Of a stretch of 64,000 nucleotides of DNA, positions 30,429 to 39,567 are shown one piece after another; position 1 is the first letter of the stretch; every line of letters begins with the position of its first letter. Below the pieces are notes generated by a model, which was not told the origin of the DNA, made no database searches, and saw only the letters and a list, made by a program, of their open reading frames with translations. The translations under genes and the position numbers were made by a program. This DNA is from Ignavibacteriota bacterium (GTDB taxonomy: Bacteria > Bacteroidota > Ignavibacteria > UBA10030 > UBA6906). The stretch spans positions 1,472,001-1,536,000 of the forward strand of contig CAWDEM010000004.1 of assembly GCA_963801355.1 (NCBI GenBank), in the 5' to 3' direction.

Positions 30429-31943
30429 TTACTTCGTCCGGTAGAACTCGATGCGTCTGTTCTTCTGCCGGCCTTCAGGTGTCGAATTGTCCGCAATCGG
30501 ATTCTCGGGGCCGTTGCCCTTGACTCCAACGCGCAAGGAATTGATGCCCTGCTTCACAAGCCAGGAGCGTACGGCTTCCGCGCGGCGGAGGGAGAGTTTC
30601 TTGTTGGCTGCGACCTTGCCGACGTTGTCGGTGTATCCGTGGATCTCGACAGAGATCTCCGGGTTGTCTTTCAACGTATTGAAGGCTTCCATGAGCGTCG
30701 GTTCTGATTCCGGTGCGATGGTAGACTTCCCGGACTTGAACACGATGCCTTCGAGCACGATGGCTTTTCCGACTTCAACGATCTTCGGCTTTGGAATATC
30801 GTCGGTCGGGTCAAGCGGGTTCATCGCCTTTGCGATCTCGGTTCCGTCATTGACGGTGCCGCCATCCGTATCGGCCTTGAGCGGATCGGTGCGGTGTTTG
30901 AGGACCTCGTCACCGTCCTTCAGACCGTCGCCATCCGTGTCAGCCTTCATGGGGTCGGTGCGGTACTTCGTCACTTCGTCACTGTCGTTGAGACCGTCGC
31001 CATCCGTGTCAGCCTTCGTGGGATCGGTGCGGTATTTCACGACCTCATCGCCGTCAGACAGACCGTCGCTGTCCGTATCAGCCTTGAGCGGATCGGTGTG
31101 ATTCTTCACCACTTCGTCGCCGTCCTTCAGACCGTCGCCATCTGTGTCTGCTTTGACCGGGCTGGTCTTGAGTTTTGTGACTTCCTCGAAGTCGCTCAAC
31201 CCGTCATCGTCAGTGTCGGCCTTGTTCGGGTCGGTGCCGATGGTCTTCTCGTAACCGTTGGTAAGCAGGTCGCCATCATCATCATCGTCGTCGCTGCTGC
31301 CAAAGAAGAAGCTCAATCCGAGCCTGCCTGTGGGGTAGAAATCGGTCCCGAGGAAGGTCTTCGTGCCGGTCTTGAAATTATCGGTTGCGTTGTCCATGAT
31401 CCGCGCGCCAAGGTCCAGATTAACGGCGAGGTGTTTGGACACTGCCAGGTCGAGACCGATGCCGACGGGAACATGAATTGTGGTGTATTTCTCGTCTGCC
31501 GGCCAGGGTGCGTCACCTTCGACAATCCGTTTGTAGATGAATTGGCCTACACCTGCATAGATGTACGGTGAAACGGGCTTCCCGGCGTTCATGTGGAGCC
31601 ACCCAACCAGATCGCCGTTGTATCCGCTGATTTGGATAAATGAGTGACGCAGTGCATTGCTCGTCGCTACGATATTTTCGTTCTTCGAATGCAGAACGTC
31701 GAACCCACCCATGAAACCGAGTGAGAAATAGCGACTCAGTGAATAACGCAGAAAGGCATCGCCACCGCCCGTCATGTCCTGACGGTCAAAGTCGTTCTGC
31801 CACATGTTCATGCCTCCCTGAACACCGAACGACCAACGGCCGTAGCGGTTGAACGATCCCGGGCTTTGCTGTGGCAGCACCTGGGATAGCCCCACTTCTG
31901 CCATCATGGCAAGCAAGAAAACGGCAAGTATGCTTCGTTTCAT
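30429..31943 (-). CDS. OmpA-family outer membrane protein: beta-barrel + Ca-binding Asp-rich repeats + peptidoglycan-binding domain
   Basis: Signal peptide; about 7 DTDGDGLxDGDEV repeats; IHGYTDNVG..LSLRRAEAV..NRRIEF. Confidence 0.92.
   Translation of the reverse strand: MKRSILAVFLLAMMAEVGLSQVLPQQSPGSFNRYGRWSFGVQGGMNMWQNDFDRQDMTGGGDAFLRYSLSRYFSLGFMGGFDVLHSKNENIVATSNALRHSFIQISGYNGDLVGWLHMNAGKPVSPYIYAGVGQFIYKRIVEGDAPWPADEKYTTIHVPVGIGLDLAVSKHLAVNLDLGARIMDNATDNFKTGTKTFLGTDFYPTGRLGLSFFFGSSDDDDDDGDLLTNGYEKTIGTDPNKADTDDDGLSDFEEVTKLKTSPVKADTDGDGLKDGDEVVKNHTDPLKADTDSDGLSDGDEVVKYRTDPTKADTDGDGLNDSDEVTKYRTDPMKADTDGDGLKDGDEVLKHRTDPLKADTDGGTVNDGTEIAKAMNPLDPTDDIPKPKIVEVGKAIVLEGIVFKSGKSTIAPESEPTLMEAFNTLKDNPEISVEIHGYTDNVGKVAANKKLSLRRAEAVRSWLVKQGINSLRVGVKGNGPENPIADNSTPEGRQKNRRIEFYRTK
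30840..31290 (-). repeat. Intragenic 69-bp (23-aa) tandem repeat, TSP3-like
   Basis: AGACCGTCGCCATCCGTGTCAGCCTT-type unit recurring at 69-bp spacing; boundaries approximate. Confidence 0.85.
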
Positions 31944-32173
31944 GGACAACCTCTCCTGATATGTTATGTTAAGGTGTGAAGTAAATGCGAGCACAGCGTT
32001 CGTGCTCCAGACTGCGTAGTGTCTCTCCTGATTTCACCCGCATCAAGCCGGCAGATTTCCCGATCACCTATCGTGTAGGATTTGGGACTGGAGGCTTCCT
32101 GGATCGCTGGCGTCGTTCTTATACACGCCATCTCTGTGCCAGTTTTTCCTGCTGCGCCGTCATAGGCGCTAAC

Positions 32174-32190
32174 ATATTGTAATACAATAT
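32174..32190. promoter_or_regulatory. Perfect palindrome, candidate transcription-factor operator upstream of ompA
   Basis: ATATTGTA-A-TACAATAT in an AT-rich patch. Confidence 0.5.
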
Positions 32191-32256
32191 TTAAGCACGA
32201 GAACAGGGTCGACCGTTGAACTCATGTCTGCCCGGTCAGCCTCGATATATCACGGT

Positions 32257-32287
32257 ACCACGAAATATCGCGGTGGTATTTCGTGGT
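32257..32287. terminator. Inverted repeat (terminator or operator)
   Basis: ACCACGAAATA-N9-TATTTCGTGGT, about 110 bp downstream of the 32399..32590 ORF. Confidence 0.45.
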
Positions 32288-32398
32288 CGTCAACCCAAGT
32301 GTTGCGGCTCTTGGAATGATCAGGTGCGAGCCAAATTCGCTGCGGTTCTGTAATTCGGAAGGGTGTTCACAAGGCGGAAAACTCATTGCACCGACATG

Positions 32399-32590
32399 TC
32401 ACCGACCGCGCCTGTTCTTGCGCAGACGGCGCTGCTCACCCGCAGGATTCATCTGTATCGGGATGTCTCTGTATTCCACGTTCGCGAAGCAGTCACAGCA
32501 CACCCATGTATCATCTTCGAAATAGTACCTTGCTCTCTTGTCGTGGTTCACTTCCTTGCCGCATTGTCCGCACTCTTTCGTGATCATCAT
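32399..32590 (-). CDS. Small putative zinc-finger protein (63 aa)
   Basis: GGAG SD 6 nt before ATG; CGQC..CCDC; basic tail RRLRKNRRGR. Confidence 0.55.
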   Translation of the reverse strand: MMITKECGQCGKEVNHDKRARYYFEDDTWVCCDCFANVEYRDIPIQMNPAGEQRRLRKNRRGR

Positions 32591-32880
32591 TCGGATCTCC
32601 ATGTTACGCATGGGGTACACCAATTTCCATGCCATCAGAGCCGGCGTTATTCCTGCGAAGCGGTGCGGGAAATGGCACTTGGAATTGACGGTGCGATGAA
32701 ATCGCACGCGGCATCTGTGGGCGACGCTTCGAAGACAAGCCAGTAGTGCGCAAATCGGGTGCGTTCGATTGATTCGCGGGCCGCCACCGATCTCGGCACG
32801 GTTATGGTAGAAGCTCAGATTGATTCTCTAACGATCCCTGGGTACATTGCATCTGAATCCCGTACTGAGAGAGTGCGCCT

Positions 32881-34965
32881 GTGTCGCCATACTCGCTTCC
32901 CGCCCTCCTGGCATTTGCCATCAATGTATCGCTCGTTATCATCATCATACTGGATGACCTCCGCAGCCGGACAAACCGGCTCTTTGCTCTCCTGATCTTC
33001 TGTTTTGTGTTGTGGGATGCTGCAGATATCATCGTGGTCAACAGCACGACGCATGAGGCTGCCGCGATCGGCGGGGCGATCATGGGGGCCTCGGTGTTGT
33101 TTGCCCCGGCGTTCCTCCTGCTCCTGTCGTTTGTCTTCCCGCATTCTATCAATCCCGCATTTGACCGCAGGGGATTCAGGCTGTCAGTGTTCATCCTTCC
33201 CCTCGTGTTCACAGTTCTCGTTGGAGTGAATGCATTTACACCCATCGTACCGAGGAGATTCGACGGTGAGGCACTCACGTACGTCGTCGTTGGGGATACC
33301 GGCTCTCCGTTGAGCGTCGCGATGTACGTCTTCATTTTCCTCTATCTTGCCTGGGCCATGGTCAACAACATTCGCCGGCTCGGGCGGGCCCGATCGGGTG
33401 ACGAGCGACGCAGGATCCTTCCGGTGATGTTTGTCACCGTCGGTCTCATCCTGTTGATTGGCGCGCTCGGCATCCTGCGTGGCCGGAGTCCGCATCCTAT
33501 CGCATACCGCGCCGTCTCGTTCCTGGTGAGTCTCTTCTTCGCGTATGTCGTTCTCGGCAACCGGCTTGTTGTCCTCCGTCGGATCGGCGGGCAGGGGATC
33601 GCCTATACATTGGTCACGGGGCTGATGTTTGCCTTCTATGTCATTGTCGTTACGCATCTTGCCGATGTGCTGGCAAAGCAAACCGGACGGACCGGGATAT
33701 TGCTGGAGATGGTATTGGTCGTCATACTCGCAGTCGCTCTCAGACCCATTATCGTCCGGATGGATTCCGTCGTCGAACGCATGCTCTCGCGCAACCTCTT
33801 CCGATATCGCCAGAAATTCAGCCAGCTCACTCGAGAGACATTGCGTGAGACGAGTGTCGCAGGTCTCGCGGCGGCGGTCGAGGCCTTTTTGCATGAATCC
33901 CTTTCTGCTTCCTGGGTGGATGTGATGATGAGAGATGCCGGCGCCGGAGTATTCCGGAGCGCGCGGGATGCCTCACGCATGCTGACTGATGCAACAGTTG
34001 TGCCGGTGCTCTCGACAAAGGACCACCGGCCGATCGAGATTGCCGAACTCGCCCCGCATGCTACCGGTGAAGAGCGTCAGATGCTCATGTCCGCCGAGGG
34101 AGGATATGCCGTGCCATTGCTTACGGAAAAAGGGCTGGCAGGAGTCCTCCTGGTAGGTCCCGTGACAACCGGCAGGGCCTATACGCTGGATGAAACTGAT
34201 TTTCTTGCCCTTGTCGCCGATGGTGTGTCAATGGTAGCCGAGCGCAACTCCCTGGTTGAGAGGATCCGGGCTGAAGAACTCCGAGTGGCAAAGATGGAGA
34301 AACTTGCGTCGCTCGGTCGCCTGACGGCGGGCATCGCACACGAATTCCGCAACCCATTAAACATCATCTCTACTGCAGCCCAGACAATGCTCAGGCATCC
34401 TGAGGATATGGATCTCCACCGGGAGACGGGAAAGTACATTGTCGAGGAAACCGAACGGTTGAGTCGCACGGTGGACGAATTCCTGCAGTTTGCCAAACCG
34501 CACACACCTGTGTGGGAGCGGTGCAGCATCGGTGATGTGATCGCGCGCGTCCTCCAGTCATTGCAGGGAGCCGCGCGAATACGGGGCGTTGAAATGCATG
34601 CGGAGATGGATCCTTCGGTTTCTGCTATCGTCACATCGCCCCAGCACGTGGAGCGGGTGCTGTTGAACCTGGGGCTGAACGCCGTTGAGGCCATGCCCCG
34701 CGGCGGAGTCCTCACGTTCGGCGTGCTGCCGGAAGGGTCGCAGGCGATGCTGATCAGCGTGCGGGATACCGGACCAGGCATTCCGGTCGAGCACCACGCC
34801 CGGTTATTCGATCCATTCTTCACTACAAAACCAAACGGCACGGGCCTGGGATTGGCCATTGTGTACATGTTAGTGCAGGGTGTAAAGGGGAAAATCACTT
34901 TCACGTCCACCGCTGTAGGTACCACGTTCATTCTCGAGCTGCCCATTGATGGGAGTCAACTATGA
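32881..34965 (+). CDS. Membrane sensor histidine kinase (N-terminal multi-TM, GAF-like, HisKA, HATPase)
   Basis: GIAHEFRNPL H-box; LNLGLNA; DTGPGI; FFTTK..GTGLGL. Confidence 0.95.
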   Translation: MSPYSLPALLAFAINVSLVIIIILDDLRSRTNRLFALLIFCFVLWDAADIIVVNSTTHEAAAIGGAIMGASVLFAPAFLLLLSFVFPHSINPAFDRRGFRLSVFILPLVFTVLVGVNAFTPIVPRRFDGEALTYVVVGDTGSPLSVAMYVFIFLYLAWAMVNNIRRLGRARSGDERRRILPVMFVTVGLILLIGALGILRGRSPHPIAYRAVSFLVSLFFAYVVLGNRLVVLRRIGGQGIAYTLVTGLMFAFYVIVVTHLADVLAKQTGRTGILLEMVLVVILAVALRPIIVRMDSVVERMLSRNLFRYRQKFSQLTRETLRETSVAGLAAAVEAFLHESLSASWVDVMMRDAGAGVFRSARDASRMLTDATVVPVLSTKDHRPIEIAELAPHATGEERQMLMSAEGGYAVPLLTEKGLAGVLLVGPVTTGRAYTLDETDFLALVADGVSMVAERNSLVERIRAEELRVAKMEKLASLGRLTAGIAHEFRNPLNIISTAAQTMLRHPEDMDLHRETGKYIVEETERLSRTVDEFLQFAKPHTPVWERCSIGDVIARVLQSLQGAARIRGVEMHAEMDPSVSAIVTSPQHVERVLLNLGLNAVEAMPRGGVLTFGVLPEGSQAMLISVRDTGPGIPVEHHARLFDPFFTTKPNGTGLGLAIVYMLVQGVKGKITFTSTAVGTTFILELPIDGSQL

Positions 34966-36389
34966 AGAAGCTGGTGACGTTGCTGGTTGTTGATGACGAA
35001 GAGAAGACCAGACGCATAATGGAGCTGAACCTCAAGGACTCGTACGCCCTCCATCTTGCGGAAAGCGGGATGGATGCGTTGCGGATATTGCGCGAGCATC
35101 AGGTGGATATCGTGCTCACGGATCTCCGGATGCCCGATGTGGATGGAACCAGAATCCTGCAGGAAGTCCGCGGCGGCACGCATCCCATCCCTGTGATCTT
35201 CATGACTGCATTCGGGACGATCGAGAACGCGGTGGGGTTGATGAAAGACGGGGCGTTCGACTACATTGTTAAACCGGTGAACCTCGATCAGCTGGACGTC
35301 GCACTCCGGCGCGCTGAGCAACACGTCCGTCTCTTGAGAGAGAACGAAGAGCTCCGCTCGCAGCTCCGGTCCAGCCAGGGTTTCTCCAGGATTATCACGG
35401 CCAGCACTCTCATGCAGAAGGTGCTGGAATCCGTCCGGCAGGTGGCACCGACGAACTTCACAGTCTTGATCGAAGGTGAAACCGGGACGGGGAAAGAGTT
35501 GATTGCACGCGCGCTGCACGACATGAGCGGCCGGGCTGCGAACGCATTCGTGGCCGTGAATTGTGGAGCCATTCCGCGTGAACTGCTGGAAAGCGAGCTG
35601 TTCGGGAGTGAGCGTGGCGCATTTACCGGTGCTGTTGCCCGCCGTATGGGCAAATTCGAAATGGCGAACGGTGGATCGCTGTTCCTCGATGAGATTGCGG
35701 AGCTTCCCCTGGAGCTGCAGGTGAAGCTCCTGAGGGCGCTCGAGGAGCAAGCGGTCACCCGTGTGGGAGGCGTGGAGCGGCTGCAGTTGGATTTCCGTAT
35801 CATTGCCGCGACAAACCGGCAACTCCGCGCCGAAGTTGATGCGGGGAGATTCCGCAAAGACCTCTTTTATAGACTGAACGTCGTCAATGTGCGCCTCCCC
35901 CCTCTGCGGGAACGCGCGGGGGACATTCCGCTTCTTGCACAGCACTTTCTGCTCAAACACCGGGAAGGCGTGGGAAAACAGCTGAAGGGATTTGAACCCT
36001 CTGCGTTGAGCTACCTGCGGGCACTGCCCTGGCCGGGCAATGTCAGGGAATTGGAAAATGTGGTAGTCCGGTCCATGGTCGCTGCCCAGGGGGAGTACGT
36101 CATGGCCGATGACCTTCCATCGGATCTCCACATCCCGGCCGGAGATGATCTGGGTCCGTTACCCTCGACCTACCAGGAGTTTCTGGCACGGAAGCGCACG
36201 CTGAAGGATGCATTTCAGCGCAAACTGCAAACTGCATTTTTGCTCGAGGGGCTCCGCACAAATCATTGGAACGTGTCACAAACCGCCCGTACCTTCGGTA
36301 TGGACCGGCGCATGCTTCAGAACATGATGAAGCAGCTGGGCCTCAAGGAGGCGCAACCGGATCCTCCGGGAGAAACTCCATCCGACTGA
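34962..36389 (+). CDS. Sigma54-dependent response regulator (NtrC family)
   Basis: Receiver domain VVDD..DLRMP; GETGTGKE; GAFTGA; LFLDEI; WPGNVREL; C-terminal HTH. Confidence 0.96.
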   Translation: MKKLVTLLVVDDEEKTRRIMELNLKDSYALHLAESGMDALRILREHQVDIVLTDLRMPDVDGTRILQEVRGGTHPIPVIFMTAFGTIENAVGLMKDGAFDYIVKPVNLDQLDVALRRAEQHVRLLRENEELRSQLRSSQGFSRIITASTLMQKVLESVRQVAPTNFTVLIEGETGTGKELIARALHDMSGRAANAFVAVNCGAIPRELLESELFGSERGAFTGAVARRMGKFEMANGGSLFLDEIAELPLELQVKLLRALEEQAVTRVGGVERLQLDFRIIAATNRQLRAEVDAGRFRKDLFYRLNVVNVRLPPLRERAGDIPLLAQHFLLKHREGVGKQLKGFEPSALSYLRALPWPGNVRELENVVVRSMVAAQGEYVMADDLPSDLHIPAGDDLGPLPSTYQEFLARKRTLKDAFQRKLQTAFLLEGLRTNHWNVSQTARTFGMDRRMLQNMMKQLGLKEAQPDPPGETPSD

Positions 36390-36396
36390 GAGCACG

Positions 36397-36450
36397 ATAC
36401 CACTTCAGTCGACACCATACCACTCCGATTGACACCATCCCACACCGTTT
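36397..36450. repeat. Short imperfect tandem repeat with 10/20-bp periodicity
   Basis: ATACCACTTCAGTCGACACC / ATACCACTCCGATTGACACC / ATCCCACACCGTTT. Confidence 0.6.
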
Positions 36451-36610
36451 GGAATGAAGTACTGCGAGGTTTCTGAGTGCACCTCAAACAGCTGCAGTAT
36501 CAGTCTTTTCCCTTCTGCTCGTGCTCCCCATGCGTGTTCTTCCATCGCATCGTCAAGCTGATTCTCCCTCAGACGTGCCGCGCGCAGCCTCAAAACTCAC
36601 GCTGAGCACC

Positions 36611-36625
36611 TGGCACGTTTCTTGA
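36611..36625 (+). promoter_or_regulatory. Putative sigma54 -24/-12 promoter
   Basis: TGGCACG-TTTC-TTGA versus consensus TGGCACG-N4-TTGC; 60 bp upstream of ATG 36685. Confidence 0.55.
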
Positions 36626-36684
36626 CGCGTCTTACTTGTAGATATGCAGACGAATACTAGCCGTCCCGGAGAGAGATTGACGCC

Positions 36685-37023
36685 ATGTGGCAGGCCTGGA
36701 CCATAGGCTTTCTCGGTCTTTGGTACATTTTGACGGCCTTCTTCTCCCTGGGTCCATTTGATCGTCTGTTCACCGTCCTCGGAATGAGCCTGGTCACCGT
36801 TTTTGCGGGTTGGCAGTTGCAGGAGCGCCGGCGATTGCAGGGCTGGTGTGCAATTTTGCTCGCTCTCTGGATGGTTGCAGGTGAGTCGATTCCCGCATTT
36901 GCCGAGGGGATGGCCCTACAGTGGAATGTGGCACTGTCCGGCGTCCTCCTGGCAATTGCCGGATTCTCTGCGCTGGGCGGGGAGTGTCAATCTCGGCAGA
37001 GCACAAAAACGGCGATAGGATAG
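36685..37023 (+). CDS. SPW-repeat-like small membrane protein
   Basis: MWQAWTIGFLGLW..WCAILLALW..WNVALSG; four TM segments. Confidence 0.65.
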   Translation: MWQAWTIGFLGLWYILTAFFSLGPFDRLFTVLGMSLVTVFAGWQLQERRRLQGWCAILLALWMVAGESIPAFAEGMALQWNVALSGVLLAIAGFSALGGECQSRQSTKTAIG

Positions 37024-37033
37024 GAGGCCCGCA

Positions 37034-37555
37034 ATGGCAACGGCAGCGGATATCTTCAACTACCTGACCAATAATGCACTGCACTTTCGCGTGCTCACGC
37101 ACCCGCCGGTCTTCTCGACGCAGGAATTGGCCCGGCTAAATTATGTCATGAGCGACGAGGTCGCGGAGCATGCGGTCTTCAAGGCGGACTACCGATTCAT
37201 TATGGCCGTCGTGCCGGCGGGAACGGTCGTCAGCGAGAGAGCCCTCCGTCAACTGCTTCACGTCAGGGAGCTGGTGAGGGCCAGTGCCTGGGACATCGAG
37301 CGGCTGTTCCCGGAGTGCGAAATTGGAGCTGCTCCGATTCTCGGCAACCTGTTTGGCATTCCGGTGATCGTTGACAGCAGCTTTGAGAAACGGGAGAGGA
37401 TTGTGTTCTTCGTCTGTGCGCGAACGACGTCGGTCATGATGAACTGGCGCGAGTACAAGAACGCAGTTGATCCGATCGTCGCAGCGATTGCAGGATCGCC
37501 CGCCAAGGGGAATGCGGCAGAGTTGCTGGAGGAACCCTATGCCCAGAACGTGTGA
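37034..37555 (+). CDS. YbaK/EbsC family aminoacyl-tRNA deacylase-like protein
   Basis: GGAGG SD; IMAVVPA; LFPECEIGAAPILGNLFGIPVIVD. Confidence 0.8.
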   Translation: MATAADIFNYLTNNALHFRVLTHPPVFSTQELARLNYVMSDEVAEHAVFKADYRFIMAVVPAGTVVSERALRQLLHVRELVRASAWDIERLFPECEIGAAPILGNLFGIPVIVDSSFEKRERIVFFVCARTTSVMMNWREYKNAVDPIVAAIAGSPAKGNAAELLEEPYAQNV

Positions 37556-37559
37556 TGCC

Positions 37560-37976
37560 ATGACTACTCGAACAATCTTCATCACCGAACAGGATTTTGC
37601 CCGGCTCACCAATCTCGTGGGAGCCAGAGGCATAACGCCGAACGGTGACGCACGCCATGTGCGGGATCTCCGCCACGAATTGGACCGGGCGATCATTGTA
37701 CCTGGAGAGGCTGTCCCGCCGGACGTCATAACCATGAACAGCAAAGCCGTGTTGCGCGACCTCAAAACGGGCGAGCACCTTGTCTTCACGCTGGTCTTTC
37801 CAGGGCGGGCTGATATGGAGAAAGGTCAGATTTCCGTGCTTGCCCCGATCGGCACTGCGTTGATCGGCTACCGGGTGGGTGACATCATCGAGTGGGAAGT
37901 CCCGGCCGGGACCGCCCGACTCAAAGTAGAAGGAATTCTGTACCAACCCGAGGCCGCCGGGACTCCCCGCGAGTAA
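37560..37976 (+). CDS. rnk: Regulator of nucleoside diphosphate kinase (GreA/GreB family)
   Basis: ELDRA..PPDVITMNS..TLVFP..ISVLAPIGTALIGYRVGD..ILYQPEAAG. Confidence 0.93.
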   Translation: MTTRTIFITEQDFARLTNLVGARGITPNGDARHVRDLRHELDRAIIVPGEAVPPDVITMNSKAVLRDLKTGEHLVFTLVFPGRADMEKGQISVLAPIGTALIGYRVGDIIEWEVPAGTARLKVEGILYQPEAAGTPRE

Positions 37977-37999
37977 ATACATGGAACGCCAGGCCCGGG

Positions 38000-39391
38000 T
38001 CACGTCCGGCCCTGGCGTCCCTGCCCTGCCTGTTCTGCCTCTATAGCTTCGAGAGTCTTACCCCTGGTCTCAGGCACCCGCAACAGGATAAACACGTATC
38101 CTGCCGCGCAAATGGCAGCATAGAGCCAGAATGTCCCCGCGGCTCCGAGTGTTCCGTTCAGCAAGGGGAACGTGTATGTCAGAAGAAAACACGCACTCCA
38201 GAGGGCCGCGACAGCAATGGAAACCGCTGCCCCGCGAATCCGGTTTGGAAAAATCTCTGCGATGAGGACCCAGGTGACCGGTGCGAGGGAAAATGCATAG
38301 CACGCAATGGTGGCCAGAACACACGTCACGACGACAGGGCCCGACCAGTGATACTGGTAGGAAAGGCCGATGAGCAGATGGAAGAACCCGATCCCGGCAC
38401 AGCCGATGAGCATTAACGCCCTTCGTCCGAACCGGTCCACGGTCTGAATCGCGATAATGGTGAAGACAAAATTCACCATGCCTGTGATGACGATGGTAAA
38501 CATGATGGAGCTCACCCCGTATCCTGCCTGGCGGAATATCTCCTCCGCGTAATTGAAGATCACGTTGATGCCGCTCCATTGCTGGAGAACCGCGAGTACG
38601 ATGCCGGTGAGCAGGAGTTTCTTCATGCCTGGTTCGAGGAGCTCGCCGAAGTGCACCACCCTGATCTCTTCAGCGGCCAGGCTCTGCTGAATACTGCTGA
38701 CTTCGGCAAGCGCATACTGTTCACCGCCGATACGTGCAAGGACCCGCCGGGCGGGTTCGGGGCGCCCATTCTTAACCAGCCAGCGCGGACTCTCGGGAAG
38801 TGTCAGGGATCCTGCAAAGAAGAGCAAGGCGGGCACTGCAACAGCTGTGAACATCCATCGCCATCCCACCTGGCCGTTCCACGATGACCGTATGAATTCG
38901 GCGGTCGCTCCATCGGGAGCCGGTTCTGCGATCTGCCAGTTCACGATCTGTGCGGCCAGAACGCCGATAACGATCGTGAACTGGTTCATTGCCACAAGGC
39001 GTCCGCGCATTTGTGCAGGTGAGATCTCTGCGATGTAGAGAGGCGAAAGGACGGAGGCCATGCCGATGGCCACGCCTCCACAGATCCTCCAGACCACAAA
39101 CATGGAGAAGGTCCCGGACCACCCCGTGAGAACTGAGGAAACAACAAAGAGGGCAGCTGCCATGATCAGCAATCGCTTGCGCCCCAGCGCGTCGCTCAGC
39201 CCGCCCGTTACTACCGCGCCGGCGAGACAGCCGAGCAGAGCGCAGCTGTTGGCCCACCCGCGCGCCGCTTCACTGGTGAGCTGGAAGAAAGGCTCGAAGA
39301 ATGGTTTTGCGCCGCCGATGACGACCCAGTCGTAGCCGAACAGAAGTCCGCCCATCGCGGCGATGAGGGCGAGACGCCACACGTGTCTCAT
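38000..39391 (-). CDS. Sugar porter family MFS transporter (XylE-like)
   Basis: GGLLFGYD, PLYIAEISP..RG, PESPRWL, QQWSGIN, DRFGRR, PETRGKTLE. Confidence 0.95.
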   Translation of the reverse strand: MRHVWRLALIAAMGGLLFGYDWVVIGGAKPFFEPFFQLTSEAARGWANSCALLGCLAGAVVTGGLSDALGRKRLLIMAAALFVVSSVLTGWSGTFSMFVVWRICGGVAIGMASVLSPLYIAEISPAQMRGRLVAMNQFTIVIGVLAAQIVNWQIAEPAPDGATAEFIRSSWNGQVGWRWMFTAVAVPALLFFAGSLTLPESPRWLVKNGRPEPARRVLARIGGEQYALAEVSSIQQSLAAEEIRVVHFGELLEPGMKKLLLTGIVLAVLQQWSGINVIFNYAEEIFRQAGYGVSSIMFTIVITGMVNFVFTIIAIQTVDRFGRRALMLIGCAGIGFFHLLIGLSYQYHWSGPVVVTCVLATIACYAFSLAPVTWVLIAEIFPNRIRGAAVSIAVAALWSACFLLTYTFPLLNGTLGAAGTFWLYAAICAAGYVFILLRVPETRGKTLEAIEAEQAGQGRQGRT

Positions 39392-39567
39392 AGTCGAGGC
39401 CGGTGATGAAGTGTGAGGCAGGTGGAACGGACCCAAGATATCGCATCGCGGGGGGAAAGTCAAACCATGATACATCGAGTCGAACGTTGCAGTTGCGGCT
39501 GTCGTTGCGTCGTCGTACCTTTCATCTATCAAACCCCGCGTCTCACCTCCTCATGGAGTACCAGACG

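Noticed and set aside
30840-31290. Regularly spaced repeats as a possible CRISPR array
   Set aside because: In-frame 69-bp coding repeats with synonymous variation, no unique spacers, no cas genes
32794-32808. CGGCACGGTTATGGT as a sigma54 promoter for the histidine kinase
   Set aside because: The -12 element is a poor match (TGGT versus TTGC)
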